From Candidatus Krumholzibacteriia bacterium (GTDB taxonomy: Bacteria; Krumholzibacteriota; Krumholzibacteriia; JAJRXK01): DNA of 64,000 nt. Below, in pieces: positions 9,221 to 19,600 of the stretch; positions within the stretch are counted from its first letter, which is position 1; the number at the start of each line of letters is the position of its first letter. The stretch covers positions 96,001 through 160,000 of the forward strand of contig JBGPIA010000010.1 of assembly GCA_041484665.1 (NCBI GenBank), written 5' to 3'. The notes beneath the pieces are model-generated. The model ran no database searches. It saw only the letters and a list, made by a program, of their open reading frames with translations, and was not told where the DNA came from. A program made the position numbers and the translations under genes.

Positions 9221-10639
9221 ATGACCGCCCTCGAGAGCACCAAGCCATCGCACGCCAGCAGCCCGGCCGAGCCGACGGAGCCTGCCAGGCCCACCTGGCG
9301 CTTCCCGCGCGTGTTCTGGTACGCCAACGCCTCCGAGCTCTGCGAGCGCGCGGCATACTACGGCACCTTCATCGCGCTGCGCACATATCTGCTGCGCGTC
9401 GTCCAGCTCGGCGACGTGCAGGCTGGCTTCGTCGCCGGCCTGTTCGGGGCGCTGATCTACTTCTTCCCGTTCCTCACGGGGGCGGCCGCCGACCGGCTGG
9501 GCTTCCGGCGGTCCTTGCTGCTGGCCTTCGCGCTGCTCACCGTGGGCTACGGCTCGCTGGGGATCGTCCACACGCTCGGACCGGTGCTGGCCGGATTGCT
9601 CCTGGTAGTGCTCGGCGGCTCGTTCGTGAAGCCCATCATCACTGCCACGGCCGCGCGGTCGTCGACCCAGGACAATCGCGCGCGGGCCTTCAGTATCTTC
9701 TACATGATCGTGAACATCGGCTCCTTCACCGGCAAGACGATCGTCGCCCCGATCCGCATCCAGCTCGGCGTGGAGAACGTGCCGTTCTTCTCCGCAGGCG
9801 CGGCGTTCATCGCACTGCTGATCGTGGCGCTGCTGTATCGTCCGCAAGAGTCCACCATAGCGCGCCCGCGCAGTGTGCGCGAGACGCTGGCGGGCATGGC
9901 GACGGCGATGAGCAACCTACGCTTCCTCGCGCTGATCGTCATCACCGCGGGCTTCTGGGCCATCCAGGGACAGCTCTACGCCTCGATGCCCGATTACGTG
10001 ATCCGAATGGCGGGCGAAACCTACAAGCCCGAGTGGTACGCGAACGTGAACCCGCTGGTCGTCGTGCTCTGCGTGGTGGCCGTGACCCAGCTCGTGCGCA
10101 AGTGGCGCCCCGAGGCCGCCATCTCGGTCGCGATGGCGCTCATCCCCTTCTCGTCGCTGGCCATGGCGTCGTCGCACCTGTTCCACGGCAACCTGCACCT
10201 GCTCGGTCTGTCGGTGCACCCCATCACGGCCATGATGGTGGTGGGCATCGCCATCCAGGGCTTCGCGGAGTGCTTCCTGAGCCCCAAGTACCTCGAGTAC
10301 GCCAGCAAGCAGGCGCCCCCCGGGCGCGAGGGGCTCTACCTCGGCTATGCGCACATGAACACGTTCTTCGCGTGGCTGTTCGGGTTCATCTTCGCCGGCT
10401 ACCTGCTGCGCGCCTTCTGTCCCGATCCACGGACACTGCCGTCCGAAATCCAGCAACAGCACGCGCTAGCGCTGGCCGGCCAGGGGCCCATGCCCGCTGC
10501 CTACGCCCATGCCCACTATCTCTGGTATGCATTCTGCGGGGTCGGCGCTGTCTCGCTGGCGCTCATGGTGGTGTTCATGGCGGTGACGGGGCGGATCGAT
10601 GCGCGATCGGGCGGACAGCGCGCCGCAGTGCGCTGCTGA
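9221..10639 (+). CDS. MFS transporter, POT/PTR peptide transporter-like
   Basis: ELCERAAYYG (ExxERxxYY), ADRLGFRR and FSIFYMIVNIG motifs; about 12 TM. Confidence 0.9.
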   Translation: MTALESTKPSHASSPAEPTEPARPTWRFPRVFWYANASELCERAAYYGTFIALRTYLLRVVQLGDVQAGFVAGLFGALIYFFPFLTGAAADRLGFRRSLLLAFALLTVGYGSLGIVHTLGPVLAGLLLVVLGGSFVKPIITATAARSSTQDNRARAFSIFYMIVNIGSFTGKTIVAPIRIQLGVENVPFFSAGAAFIALLIVALLYRPQESTIARPRSVRETLAGMATAMSNLRFLALIVITAGFWAIQGQLYASMPDYVIRMAGETYKPEWYANVNPLVVVLCVVAVTQLVRKWRPEAAISVAMALIPFSSLAMASSHLFHGNLHLLGLSVHPITAMMVVGIAIQGFAECFLSPKYLEYASKQAPPGREGLYLGYAHMNTFFAWLFGFIFAGYLLRAFCPDPRTLPSEIQQQHALALAGQGPMPAAYAHAHYLWYAFCGVGAVSLALMVVFMAVTGRIDARSGGQRAAVRC

Positions 10640-10719
10640 AGACCACGCCGCGCCTGGCTTTCGCTTGCGGCACCATGTCTTCTTGACGCCGCGCCCCGGC
10701 TGCGGTCACCATCGCCGCC

Positions 10720-11611
10720 ATGCAGAGCCGCAGACGCACTCCCGTCGCCGTCGTGGGCGCCGGACGCATGGGCCGCCCCCACGCGCGAGCATGCGGCGAT
10801 CGCCGAGCTGCTGCTGCCGCGCGGGGTCGCCTGCCTGATCGAGAAGCCGCTCGCCTCCACGGTGGACGAGGCGCGCCGCGTCGCCGCGCTCGCCCGTGCG
10901 CACGGGATCATCGTCGCCGTCGGACACACCGAGCGCTTCAACCCAGCCGTGCGTGCCGTGGCGGAGATGCGCCTGACCCCCCGTTACATCGAGGTGGACC
11001 GGGTCAGCCCCATGACCTTCCGCTCGCTCGACGTGGGCGTCGTGTTCGATCTCATGATCCACGACCTGGACATCGTGCTCATGATGACGCGCGCTGCGCT
11101 GCGGGACGTGTACGCGGTGGGAGTCCGCGTGCTGGGCGAGCAGGAAGATCTCGCGAGCGCTTGGCTCACCTTTGCGGACGGCTGCTTGGCGAATCTGACG
11201 GCATCGCGCCTGGCGCTCAAGACCGAACGCAAGCTGCGCGTGTTCACCGAGAGCGCGTACCTTTCGCTGGACTACGCCAAACGCCAGGGCGTGGTCCTAT
11301 CGCTCACCGAGAACCGCGAAGCGCTGGAGCGCCTTCGCGCCCTGCTGGCGGAAGGTGCCGACCTCTCGGCGCTGGACTCCACGCAGATCGCGCGCGTTCG
11401 GCAGCTGGAGCTGCCCACGGAGGATCCGCTGACCTTGTAGCTGCGGGAGTTCCTGGGCGCCGTGCGCGGTGAGCGGGCGCCGCTGGTGGGCGCCGACGCC
11501 GGCTGTGCCGCCGTCGCTGCGGCGCAGCGGGTGGTGGACGCCATCCGCGCCCATCGCTGGCAGGGCGTCGACGGGCACCAGATGGGTGGGAGCGCGCGGG
11601 CGGGCAGCTAG
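10720..11611 (+). pseudogene. Gfo/Idh/MocA oxidoreductase pseudogene
   Basis: VAVVGAGRMG start is in a different frame from IEKPLA/GHTERFNP/DLMIHDLD; internal segment missing at ~10789; in-frame TAG at 11438-11440 followed by a family-like tail LREFLGAVRG... to TAG 11609-11611. Confidence 0.85.
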
Positions 11612-11658
11612 CACGCCGCTGGTGGCAAGCGCTTCGACCAAAACCCGAGGAGGTCGCC

Positions 11659-12663
11659 GTGGGAGTCCTGCTCGCCGACCAGGCGCTGGTGCGCTCGCTC
11701 TTGCCCATGGGCGAGTGCATGCCCATCATGGCCGAGGCGCTGCGCGCGCTGGCGCGGGGCGACGCCGTGCTGCCGCTGCGGCCCGTCATGCCGCTGCCCG
11801 ACCAGCGGGGCGTGCTGGCGATGATGCCCGCCTGGCTGGGGAATCCGAGGGTCTTCGGTCTGAAGATCATCAGCTTCTTCCCCGGCAACCTGGGAACGCC
11901 GTACGACTGCCACCAGGGGGCGGTGCTCCTCTTTGACCCGCAGGACGGCCAGCTGCTGGCGATTCTGGACGCGACCTCGATCACATCCATCCGCACGGCC
12001 GCCGTGAGCGGAGTCGCGACCCAGCTGCTGGCACGCGAGAACGCGCGCTCGCTCGCGATCCTGGGCTCGGGCGTGCAGGCGCAGTCGCACCTGGACGCCA
12101 TGCTGCTCGCGCGGCGTTTCGACCACGTCCGCGTGTGGAGCCGCAACCGCGATCACGCGGTCGCCTTCGCGCAGCAGTCGTCACGCCGCCACGGGATCAC
12201 CCTCGAGGTGGCCGCCAGCGTGCAGGACGCGGTACGCGCCGCCGACGTGATCTGCACCGTCACGTCGTCGCGCGAGCCCGTGCTGCAGGGGGACTGGATC
12301 CCGGGCGGGGCGCATCTCAATGTCGTGGGCGCGAGCGTGCGCACCGCGCGCGAGGTGGATGCGGCGGCCGTGGCGCGCGCCCGGCTGTTCGTGGACCGGC
12401 GGGAATCGACGCTGGCCGAGGCCGGCGACTTCCTGATGGCCAAGCAGGAGGGAGCCGTCGGGGACGATCATATCCTGGGCGAGCTCGGCGAGGTGCTCCT
12501 GGGGCGCGTGCCGGGCCGGCGCTCACCGGATGAGGTGACGATGTTCAAATCGCTGGGGCTGGCCGTGGAGGACCTGGCTGCCGCCCACCACGTCTACCGG
12601 CACGCGCTCGAGCGTGGCGCCGGCACGGTCGTGGAGCTGGGTGGCGCCCGCGAGGCGCCGTGA
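11659..12663 (+). CDS. ornithine cyclodeaminase/mu-crystallin family protein
   Basis: ITSIRTAAVS, ILGSGVQA, FKSLGLAVEDL motifs; GAGGAGG RBS. Confidence 0.93.
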   Translation: MGVLLADQALVRSLLPMGECMPIMAEALRALARGDAVLPLRPVMPLPDQRGVLAMMPAWLGNPRVFGLKIISFFPGNLGTPYDCHQGAVLLFDPQDGQLLAILDATSITSIRTAAVSGVATQLLARENARSLAILGSGVQAQSHLDAMLLARRFDHVRVWSRNRDHAVAFAQQSSRRHGITLEVAASVQDAVRAADVICTVTSSREPVLQGDWIPGGAHLNVVGASVRTAREVDAAAVARARLFVDRRESTLAEAGDFLMAKQEGAVGDDHILGELGEVLLGRVPGRRSPDEVTMFKSLGLAVEDLAAAHHVYRHALERGAGTVVELGGAREAP

Positions 12664-12745
12664 CGCCCTGCGCGAGCAAAGACCCGGCATGCGTGCGCTG
12701 CGTGCGAACCATGCGCAGGCCGCCCAGCTGTCGGAGGAGGTTCAC

Positions 12746-13792
12746 GTGAACGCGCTCGAGAGCATCTCCTTGGACGACATCCGCGCGGCCAGCCGGCGCA
12801 TCGCAGGGCTTGCGCTGCGCACGCCGCTCGTGCGCCTGAACATGGAAGGCACGCCCGCCGAGATCTACCTGAAGCTCGAGAACCTGCAGCCCATCGGCTC
12901 ATTCAAGCTGCGCGGGGCGGCCAACGCAATGCTGCGCGCCGGGCGCGAGCAGCTCGCGCTGGGGGTCTGGACGCCCAGCGCCGGCAACATGGCGCAGGGC
13001 GTGGGCTGGACGGCGCGGCATCTGGGTCTTGCGTGCCGTGTCGTGGTGCCGGAGCACGCGCCGCAGACCAAGCTCGACGCCGTGGCCCGCCTGGGTGCGA
13101 GCATCGTGAAGGTGCCGTTCGACGCGTGGTGGCAGACGATCCTCAGCGGGAAGTACCCCGCCGGTGCGGCCGTGGAGGCGCCCGGCCTGGGGGCGGGATC
13201 CACCGCGACGCCGAGCGCGGCGCGGCCGGCCGGGCCGGGCGTGCCGTACGAAGGCAGACTCGTGCATCCGGTCGCCGACGCGGACGTGATCGCCGGCAAC
13301 GGCACGATCGGCCTGGAGATCGTCGACGACCTCCCGGACGTGGATGCGGTGGTCGTTCCCTACGGCGGCGGCGGGCTGGTGTCGGGGATCGCGACGGCGA
13401 TCCGCGCCCTGAAACCCGCCACGCGCATCTTCGCCTGCGAGGTCGAGACGGCGGCGCCGCTGGCGGCGTCCCTGGGAGTGGGCGCCCCGCGCGAGGTGCC
13501 GTATCGTGCCAGCTTCGTGGACGGCATCGGCGGCAAGAGCATTCTGCCGCAGATGTGGCCGCTGGTGAGCCGCCTCGTCGACGCATCGCTGGTCGTGACG
13601 TTGACCGAGGTGTGCGCCGCGATCAAGCTGCTCGTCGAGCGCAACCGCGTCGTGGCCGAAGGCGCGGCGGCGACGTCCGTGGCGGCCGCGCTCGCGGGAC
13701 GGGCCGGCGCCGGCAAGATCGTTTGCGTGGTCTCGGGGGGAAACATCGACAGCGTCAAGCTGTGCGCCATCCTCGCCGGACAGATCCCCTGA
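12746..13792 (+). CDS. PLP-dependent threonine/serine dehydratase family protein
   Basis: KLENLQPIGSFKLRG PLP lysine, SAGN, GGGGL, SGGN; GTG after GGAGGAGG. Confidence 0.92.
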   Translation: MNALESISLDDIRAASRRIAGLALRTPLVRLNMEGTPAEIYLKLENLQPIGSFKLRGAANAMLRAGREQLALGVWTPSAGNMAQGVGWTARHLGLACRVVVPEHAPQTKLDAVARLGASIVKVPFDAWWQTILSGKYPAGAAVEAPGLGAGSTATPSAARPAGPGVPYEGRLVHPVADADVIAGNGTIGLEIVDDLPDVDAVVVPYGGGGLVSGIATAIRALKPATRIFACEVETAAPLAASLGVGAPREVPYRASFVDGIGGKSILPQMWPLVSRLVDASLVVTLTEVCAAIKLLVERNRVVAEGAAATSVAAALAGRAGAGKIVCVVSGGNIDSVKLCAILAGQIP

Positions 13793-13888
13793 GGACACCG
13801 CCCCCCCGGTGCACGTGAGGCTCGCCGGCGACCCGCAGGCCGCGGCTGCGCGCCCGCAGCCGGTTGGCGACAGACCGCGGGGCAACCA

Positions 13889-16546
13889 TCAGCGCACCGT
13901 CTTTGCCCGGTCCCAGCCGAGCACCACGTGCAGCGGCGCTGTCTCAACCTCCACAGTCGGGATAAGGACGAGCAGACGCTGTCCATCGGTCGAGAGCCCC
14001 ACGATCACGCCGCTGGCGAGCTGGAACAGCTCGTGGGGCGCGTCCCGCAGCAGACCGTTGGCGGCGTGAATCTGCGCCGACATCACGCTGCCACCCGGTG
14101 CTTGGTAGAGGATCTCGCGGCCGCCGGCGCTCCAGAACGGCTCGAAACCGCCTGTGGTCGAGACCTGCCAACGATGCTTCCCCTCCGGGAAGTCCTGGAC
14201 GTAGATGTCGCGGCGCCCTGCCCCCGATGACGCGTAGGCCAGCCACTTCCCGTCCGGTGAGAACCGCGGCGTTTCGTCGTCGGCTGCAGTCGTGATGAGC
14301 GGACGGGCCTCGGTCGGACGATCCATCGGCAGGATCCAGATGTCGTCGCCCGTCTTCTCGCTCGTCAGGTTGACCAGCAGCCAGTGCCCGTCCGGGGACC
14401 ACTCCACGGGCCAGGTCTCCATGGGGGACTGCCAGAGCAGGCTGTCCCCCTGCGTGCCAGAGGCAGCGGTCAAGAACACGCAGCCGTTCGCCGTGCGATA
14501 CGACTGGAAGGCGATGCGGCTGCCGTCGGGTGACCACACCGGGCTGAATTCGCTGGTCGGATCGGAGGTGAGCCGCGTCGAGGTCCCCCGCTGGAGATCC
14601 AGCAGCCAGATGTCGTCGTCGCGGCCGTCCGCGTCCCGGTGTCCGGTGACCACGAAGTGGCCGTCGGGCGAGAGTCTGGGACCGTCGAAGACGTCCGGAC
14701 GGCCTACATCCTCGAGCCGCCGCCCCTGCCGGTCGAACCAGGCGAGTTGAAGAGACGGGTCGGCGGCCCGGTACGTGAGCACGCCGTCGGTTGACGCGCT
14801 GAACTCGAACAAGTGATTGGGCCCCGCAGACGCGATCTGCTTGGCCAGCGCCACGGGCTCCGCGGAGAGCTTGCCCGTGCGCGGATCGAGACGCTGTGCG
14901 ACCAGCGAGCCGCTGCGCACGTACAGCAGCCAGTCTGGCGCCACGAACACGGGATTCGTGACGGCCTGCATCAGGTCCTGCGTGGGACCGCCATCGATGG
15001 ACGCCAGGCGCAGCCAGTCGTCTTCGGTTCGCCGCGCGTCGCCGAGGAAAATGACATGGCGTCCGTCCGGGAGAAACGAAGGCCAACGGTGCCCCTCCTC
15101 CCTTGGCAAGAGCGACGTCAAGGGCTTCGGCGCTCCGCCACCCTCGGGGATGACCGAGAGGCCGCTGCCTCCGTCTGGCTCGAACACGATCACGCCGGAT
15201 GAGCCCCACGCTCCTCCGAGGGGGCTGGGCGCAGCGCACAACGACTGCACGGCGCCGCCCGCGGCGGAAACCCTCTTGAGCCGGCCGCCGGCGAAGAACC
15301 CGATGTGGCGGCTGTCCGGCGACCAGAACGGCATGGTGCCGCCGTCGGTGCCCTCGAGCAGGCGCAGATCGTCGGAGTCGATCGGGCGCACCCACAGTCG
15401 CGACAAGCTCTTCTGCTCGTCTGCGACCATGACGAGCAGCCGCCCGTCGGGTGAGACCTGCACCTGCCCGAACTTTGCGAACGGCGAGTTCGCAGGCCGC
15501 ACGAATTCGAGGTGCGCGGTGAGCGCCGGCGCGGCTGCGCGCTCGCGCCAGAGCGCAAGCGTCACCACCACGAGCAGGAGCGTGGCCACTGCCGCGATGC
15601 CCTGGGCCAGTCTCGCCTTCGGCCGCCGTGCACCGGAGAGAGCCGCCGCTCCCGTGCTCGACAGTCGGCCCTCCGCAATCCCGCGCAGCTCGTGGGCGAG
15701 GTCGCGGGCGGTTTGCCAGCGCTCGTCTGGATCCTTGGCGAGACAGCGCCTCACCGTGTGGTCGAACGCCGGCGGCGCGATCGGCGACCACTGCGAGACC
15801 GGCGCGGGCTCGTCCTTCAGGATCGCCCCGATCAGGCTGGCCTGGCTCTGGCCTTCGAACGCGCGTCGTGCCGTCGCCATCTCGTACAGCACGCACCCCA
15901 GCGCCCACAGGTCACAGCGCGCGTCCGCGTCCTTGCCCTCGAGCTGCTCCGGCGCCATGTATTGGAACGTCCCGACAATGGTCCCCTCGGCCGTCAGCGG
16001 CTGCGCCATCGTCGGCGACCGGGTGAGCGCGGCCAGCGTGACGTCGCTCTGACCCGCCGGCCCGCCCAGTCCCGTCAGGCGCGCTAGCCCGAAGTCCATG
16101 AGTTTGGCGCCCAACTTCGTCAGCATCACGTTGCCCGGCTTGAGGTCGCGATGCACCACCCCCGCCCGGTGGGCGCGGTCGAGGGCGTCGGCGATCTCCA
16201 CGCCGAGCTTCAGCGCCTGCGGGAGCGGCAGGGCGCCCCGCTCGAGCCGCTGCGCGAGCGTCTCGCCCTCTACCAGCTCCATCACCAGATAGTCCGTGTC
16301 GCCCTCGCGGCCGACGTCGTGCAGCGTGCAGATGTGCGGGTGGTTGAGCTGCGAGATGGTTTTCGCCTCGCGCTCGAAGCGCGCACGCACCTCGGGGCTG
16401 GCGGACAGGTGCTGCGGCAGCACCTTGACCGCGACGTCGCGCGAGAGCCGCGTGTCGCGAGCGCGGTACACCTCGCCCATGCCGCCGGCGCCCAAAGGCG
16501 CGACGATCTCGTAGGGGCCCAGACGGGTGCCGGGCGTGAGGGTCAC
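13889..16546 (-). CDS. Hanks-type Ser/Thr protein kinase with TM helix and TolB/PD40 beta-propeller
   Basis: LGAGGMGEVY, VAVK, HRDLKPGN, DFG, YMAPE; repeated xWSPDG motifs; likely GTG start at 16546. Confidence 0.95.
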   Translation of the reverse strand: MTLTPGTRLGPYEIVAPLGAGGMGEVYRARDTRLSRDVAVKVLPQHLSASPEVRARFEREAKTISQLNHPHICTLHDVGREGDTDYLVMELVEGETLAQRLERGALPLPQALKLGVEIADALDRAHRAGVVHRDLKPGNVMLTKLGAKLMDFGLARLTGLGGPAGQSDVTLAALTRSPTMAQPLTAEGTIVGTFQYMAPEQLEGKDADARCDLWALGCVLYEMATARRAFEGQSQASLIGAILKDEPAPVSQWSPIAPPAFDHTVRRCLAKDPDERWQTARDLAHELRGIAEGRLSSTGAAALSGARRPKARLAQGIAAVATLLLVVVTLALWRERAAAPALTAHLEFVRPANSPFAKFGQVQVSPDGRLLVMVADEQKSLSRLWVRPIDSDDLRLLEGTDGGTMPFWSPDSRHIGFFAGGRLKRVSAAGGAVQSLCAAPSPLGGAWGSSGVIVFEPDGGSGLSVIPEGGGAPKPLTSLLPREEGHRWPSFLPDGRHVIFLGDARRTEDDWLRLASIDGGPTQDLMQAVTNPVFVAPDWLLYVRSGSLVAQRLDPRTGKLSAEPVALAKQIASAGPNHLFEFSASTDGVLTYRAADPSLQLAWFDRQGRRLEDVGRPDVFDGPRLSPDGHFVVTGHRDADGRDDDIWLLDLQRGTSTRLTSDPTSEFSPVWSPDGSRIAFQSYRTANGCVFLTAASGTQGDSLLWQSPMETWPVEWSPDGHWLLVNLTSEKTGDDIWILPMDRPTEARPLITTAADDETPRFSPDGKWLAYASSGAGRRDIYVQDFPEGKHRWQVSTTGGFEPFWSAGGREILYQAPGGSVMSAQIHAANGLLRDAPHELFQLASGVIVGLSTDGQRLLVLIPTVEVETAPLHVVLGWDRAKTVR

Positions 16547-16614
16547 CGGATCGGCTCCAGCGTGGTGGCGCGCTTCGCCGTGTACGGCGCCGGCAGGCCC
16601 ACGCGCCCGTTCAC
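16543..16614 (-). CDS. 23-aa bridging mini-ORF (MNGRVGLPAPYTAKRATTLEPIR)
   Basis: GTGA overlaps with both neighbours, GGGGGAG upstream, all 23 codons end in G or C. Confidence 0.45.
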   Translation of the reverse strand: MNGRVGLPAPYTAKRATTLEPIR

Positions 16615-19600
16615 GCGTCTCCCCCGCCCTCGGCCGAAGCGTCGGCGTCCGCACCCACCCCCACGCGCAGCACCACCAGCCGCTGCGCGTCCTGCAGCTG
16701 CGCGCGCGCCCACTTGTAGCGTGCCTCCTGGCAGGCCATCAGCACGACCTGTTGGCGCGGCGCGATGGCGTCAAGCAGCAACCGCAGCCCCGCCACCAGC
16801 CGCACGTCGTCGGCGTTCGAGAAGGGGTCGTCCAGCAAAAGTGGCAGGGACCCCAGCCCGCCGCTGAGCAGCCGCGACACGCCCAAGCGCGCCGCGAGGT
16901 ACACGCCGTCCAGCGCTCCGGCGCTGAGCTGCTGCGCCGCCTGCGACCCGGTCATCACCTGCTGCCCCTGTCTCAGCTGGATCCCCAGGTGCTCGTCGAA
17001 GCGCAGCTCGCGCACCTCGCTGCCCAGGCCAGCCAGCATCTCCTGCGTGGTGCGGTTGAGCGCCGAGGCCCAGTCGCGGTGGGTCTCCTTGGCGATGCGC
17101 GCCAGTGTGTCGCGGGCCAGTACGACGGCCTCGCGGAACTGCTCCGCGCGCTGCAGCGCGGCCTCGTGCTGCGCGATCGACTCCATCAGGCGCGGCGCTT
17201 CGGCCTCGTACTTGGCCAGAAACGCCCGCGCCTCGGCGCGGTCGGTCTCCCCGGCCTGCTGCTCGGCGCGCTCGCTGGCCGCCAGCGCCTCGAGGTCGGC
17301 GTCGATCTGCTCGATCGGGCGCGGTGGGCGTGGCGCGCGTGGGAGGCGCGAGGCCGCGTCGGCGCCACTCGCACCGGCGAATGCGGCGCGAGCGACGCCG
17401 CCGGCGGCACCGGACGGGCCAGCGCCGCTGCCGCCCTCGAGCCGGCTTGCGGTCGCGCCGCCACCCCCGGCCAGCAGCGCCCTCAGTCCAAGCGTCTCCG
17501 CCTCCATCCGCGAGAGGTCCGCGTCGATCTCGCGCACGCGCTGCTCCAGGCGGCCGCGCTCGGCCGGGGCGAGCACCGACGCCCGCTGCTCGGGCAGCGT
17601 GACATCGCGGAGCTGCTCCAGGCGCTGCGCGAGCACCACGCGCTCCTTCAGGCGGCGCACGCCCCCCTCGAGCGGTTCTGCGTCGGCCAGGCGCACGCCG
17701 CAGGTCGCCAGCGCCTCGCGCGCCTCACGCTGGCGCTCGGCCAGCCGGCGCTTGCTCTCGTCCGCACGCCAGCGCGCAGTGTCGGCGGCCGTCCCGGCGC
17801 GATCGGCCTCTGCCCAGACCTCGGTCGCTTGCTTCACCAGCTCGACGCGCTCGGCCAGCAGATCGGCCGCCGGCTCGTCCTCGAACAGCGTCCACGCCCG
17901 CGCGCAACTCTGGAGCGCCTCGTGCTCCATGGCCGCCAGCTCGTCCAGGCGCGCCTGCAACCCCTCGATGTGGTGAAGCGCCGGTTCCACCACGGCGCGC
18001 AGGCGGCGGTAGTGGTCCTCCAGCTCGGGCTGCAGGCAACCGAGGCGCCCGGCCAGGTCGGCCCAGGCCTGCGCGCGCTGCTGAGTGTCGCCCAGCAGGC
18101 GCTCGAGGATCTCGCCCAGGCGCTCCAGTTGGACGCGAGCCTGCGCATCCTCGCGCTTGCGGTAGCGCGTACCGCTAGCGTAGACGCCCATGCCCACGAG
18201 GATCACCAGCACACCCGGCGCGTGCAGCAGGAGCGGCGAGAACGGCAGGATGACGTGCATGGAGAGCCCGACCAGCACCGGAAGCATCCCCACCAGCATC
18301 AGCCAGATGCCGAAGTGCTTGCGGGACTGCTGGCCGCGGCGGATCTCGGCGCGCGCGTAGCGCAGGCGGTCGATCTCCTCCTCACGCTCCTCCTGCTGCT
18401 GGCGCAGCTGCAGCTCGTCGCGGGTGCGGCTGGCCAGCGCAAGCCGGTCGTCGTCCGAGAGGTCGGCGAAGCTGGCGGCCAGACTGCGCGCCTGCTCGAG
18501 CGTGAAGCCCTGGACCTGCAGATCGGAGACGGCGCTCTGCAGCAGGCCCTCGAAGCGTTGGCGCTCGCGCTGCGCGTCGAAGCTGCGCACCCGGGCCGAC
18601 TGCAGCGCGTCCCGATCGCCCTCGGTCGGACGGCGGCGCAGGTGGAGGCCGTCGCGGCGGGTGGACGCTTCGTTGCGCCGCTGGGCGGCGTCGTCGGCCT
18701 CCGCGTCGTTCTCGCGGGCGGCGCGCAGAGCGCCCTGGACGTTGGTCCAGGCGGCCTCGGCGACGTTGATCGACGTCTCGCCGAGCGCCAGCAACTCGGC
18801 ACCGTCACCCAGTTGCGCCTCCAGCGCCGCGACCTTCTGGCGGCGCTGGTCGTCCTGCGCCAGGCGGTCGTCGGCGCGCATCCGCTCGGCGCGGGATTTT
18901 TCGTGGCGCAGCGCCGCGCGCTGCAGCTCGCGCGAGGCCGCCTCGTCCTTGCGGCGGGCGAGCCCGTCGATCTTCGCGGCCATGCGTGCGCGCTGCTGCG
19001 TCAGCGCCGCGAACTGCGTGCGCGTCTCTTCCAGGACCTTCAGGCAGCGCTCGATCTCGGTGTCGACGCGGCCGCGGCCACGCAGAGTCAGACCTTCGTA
19101 GCCGGCGAGGGCGGCCTCCAGCGCGGCGATCGCAGCCGCCGCCGTGGTGTCGCCCGCGCGTGTGTCGGCGATTCGCTGCAATGCCTCGGTCAGCCCCTCG
19201 GTGCCGCTCCAGACCACCTCGCCCTGCGCCACGAAGGCGCTGCGCTCGAACTGCTCGCGGGAGAGCCCCAGCAGCCCCTCGCCCACGGCGACGCGCAGCC
19301 CCTGGCGGAAGCGGTCGGTGATGTCGCTGCCGCCCGACAGCACCCGCACGGTCTCGCGCTCGAGGTCGCGGTCGATGGCGAGCTCCTCGCCGTCCTTCTC
19401 CAAGTAGAGCGTGAGGCCGTAGGGCCCGCCCTCCCAGGGGCGGTAGACGTCGCGCTCGACCATGCGGTCGCGCGCCTTGCGCCGGTCGGACTCCATTCCG
19501 TAGAGCGACGCCAGGATCGCCGCCGACAGGGTCGACTTCCCGGTCTCGTTGCGCTCCAGCAGCAGAGCGACGTTGCCGGAGTCCGCGTCCAGCGGGAAGC

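Noticed and set aside
11438..11440. In-frame TAG as recoding (pyrrolysine or readthrough)
   Set aside because: The same gene has a separate frameshifting deletion, and TAG is used as a normal stop elsewhere in the window
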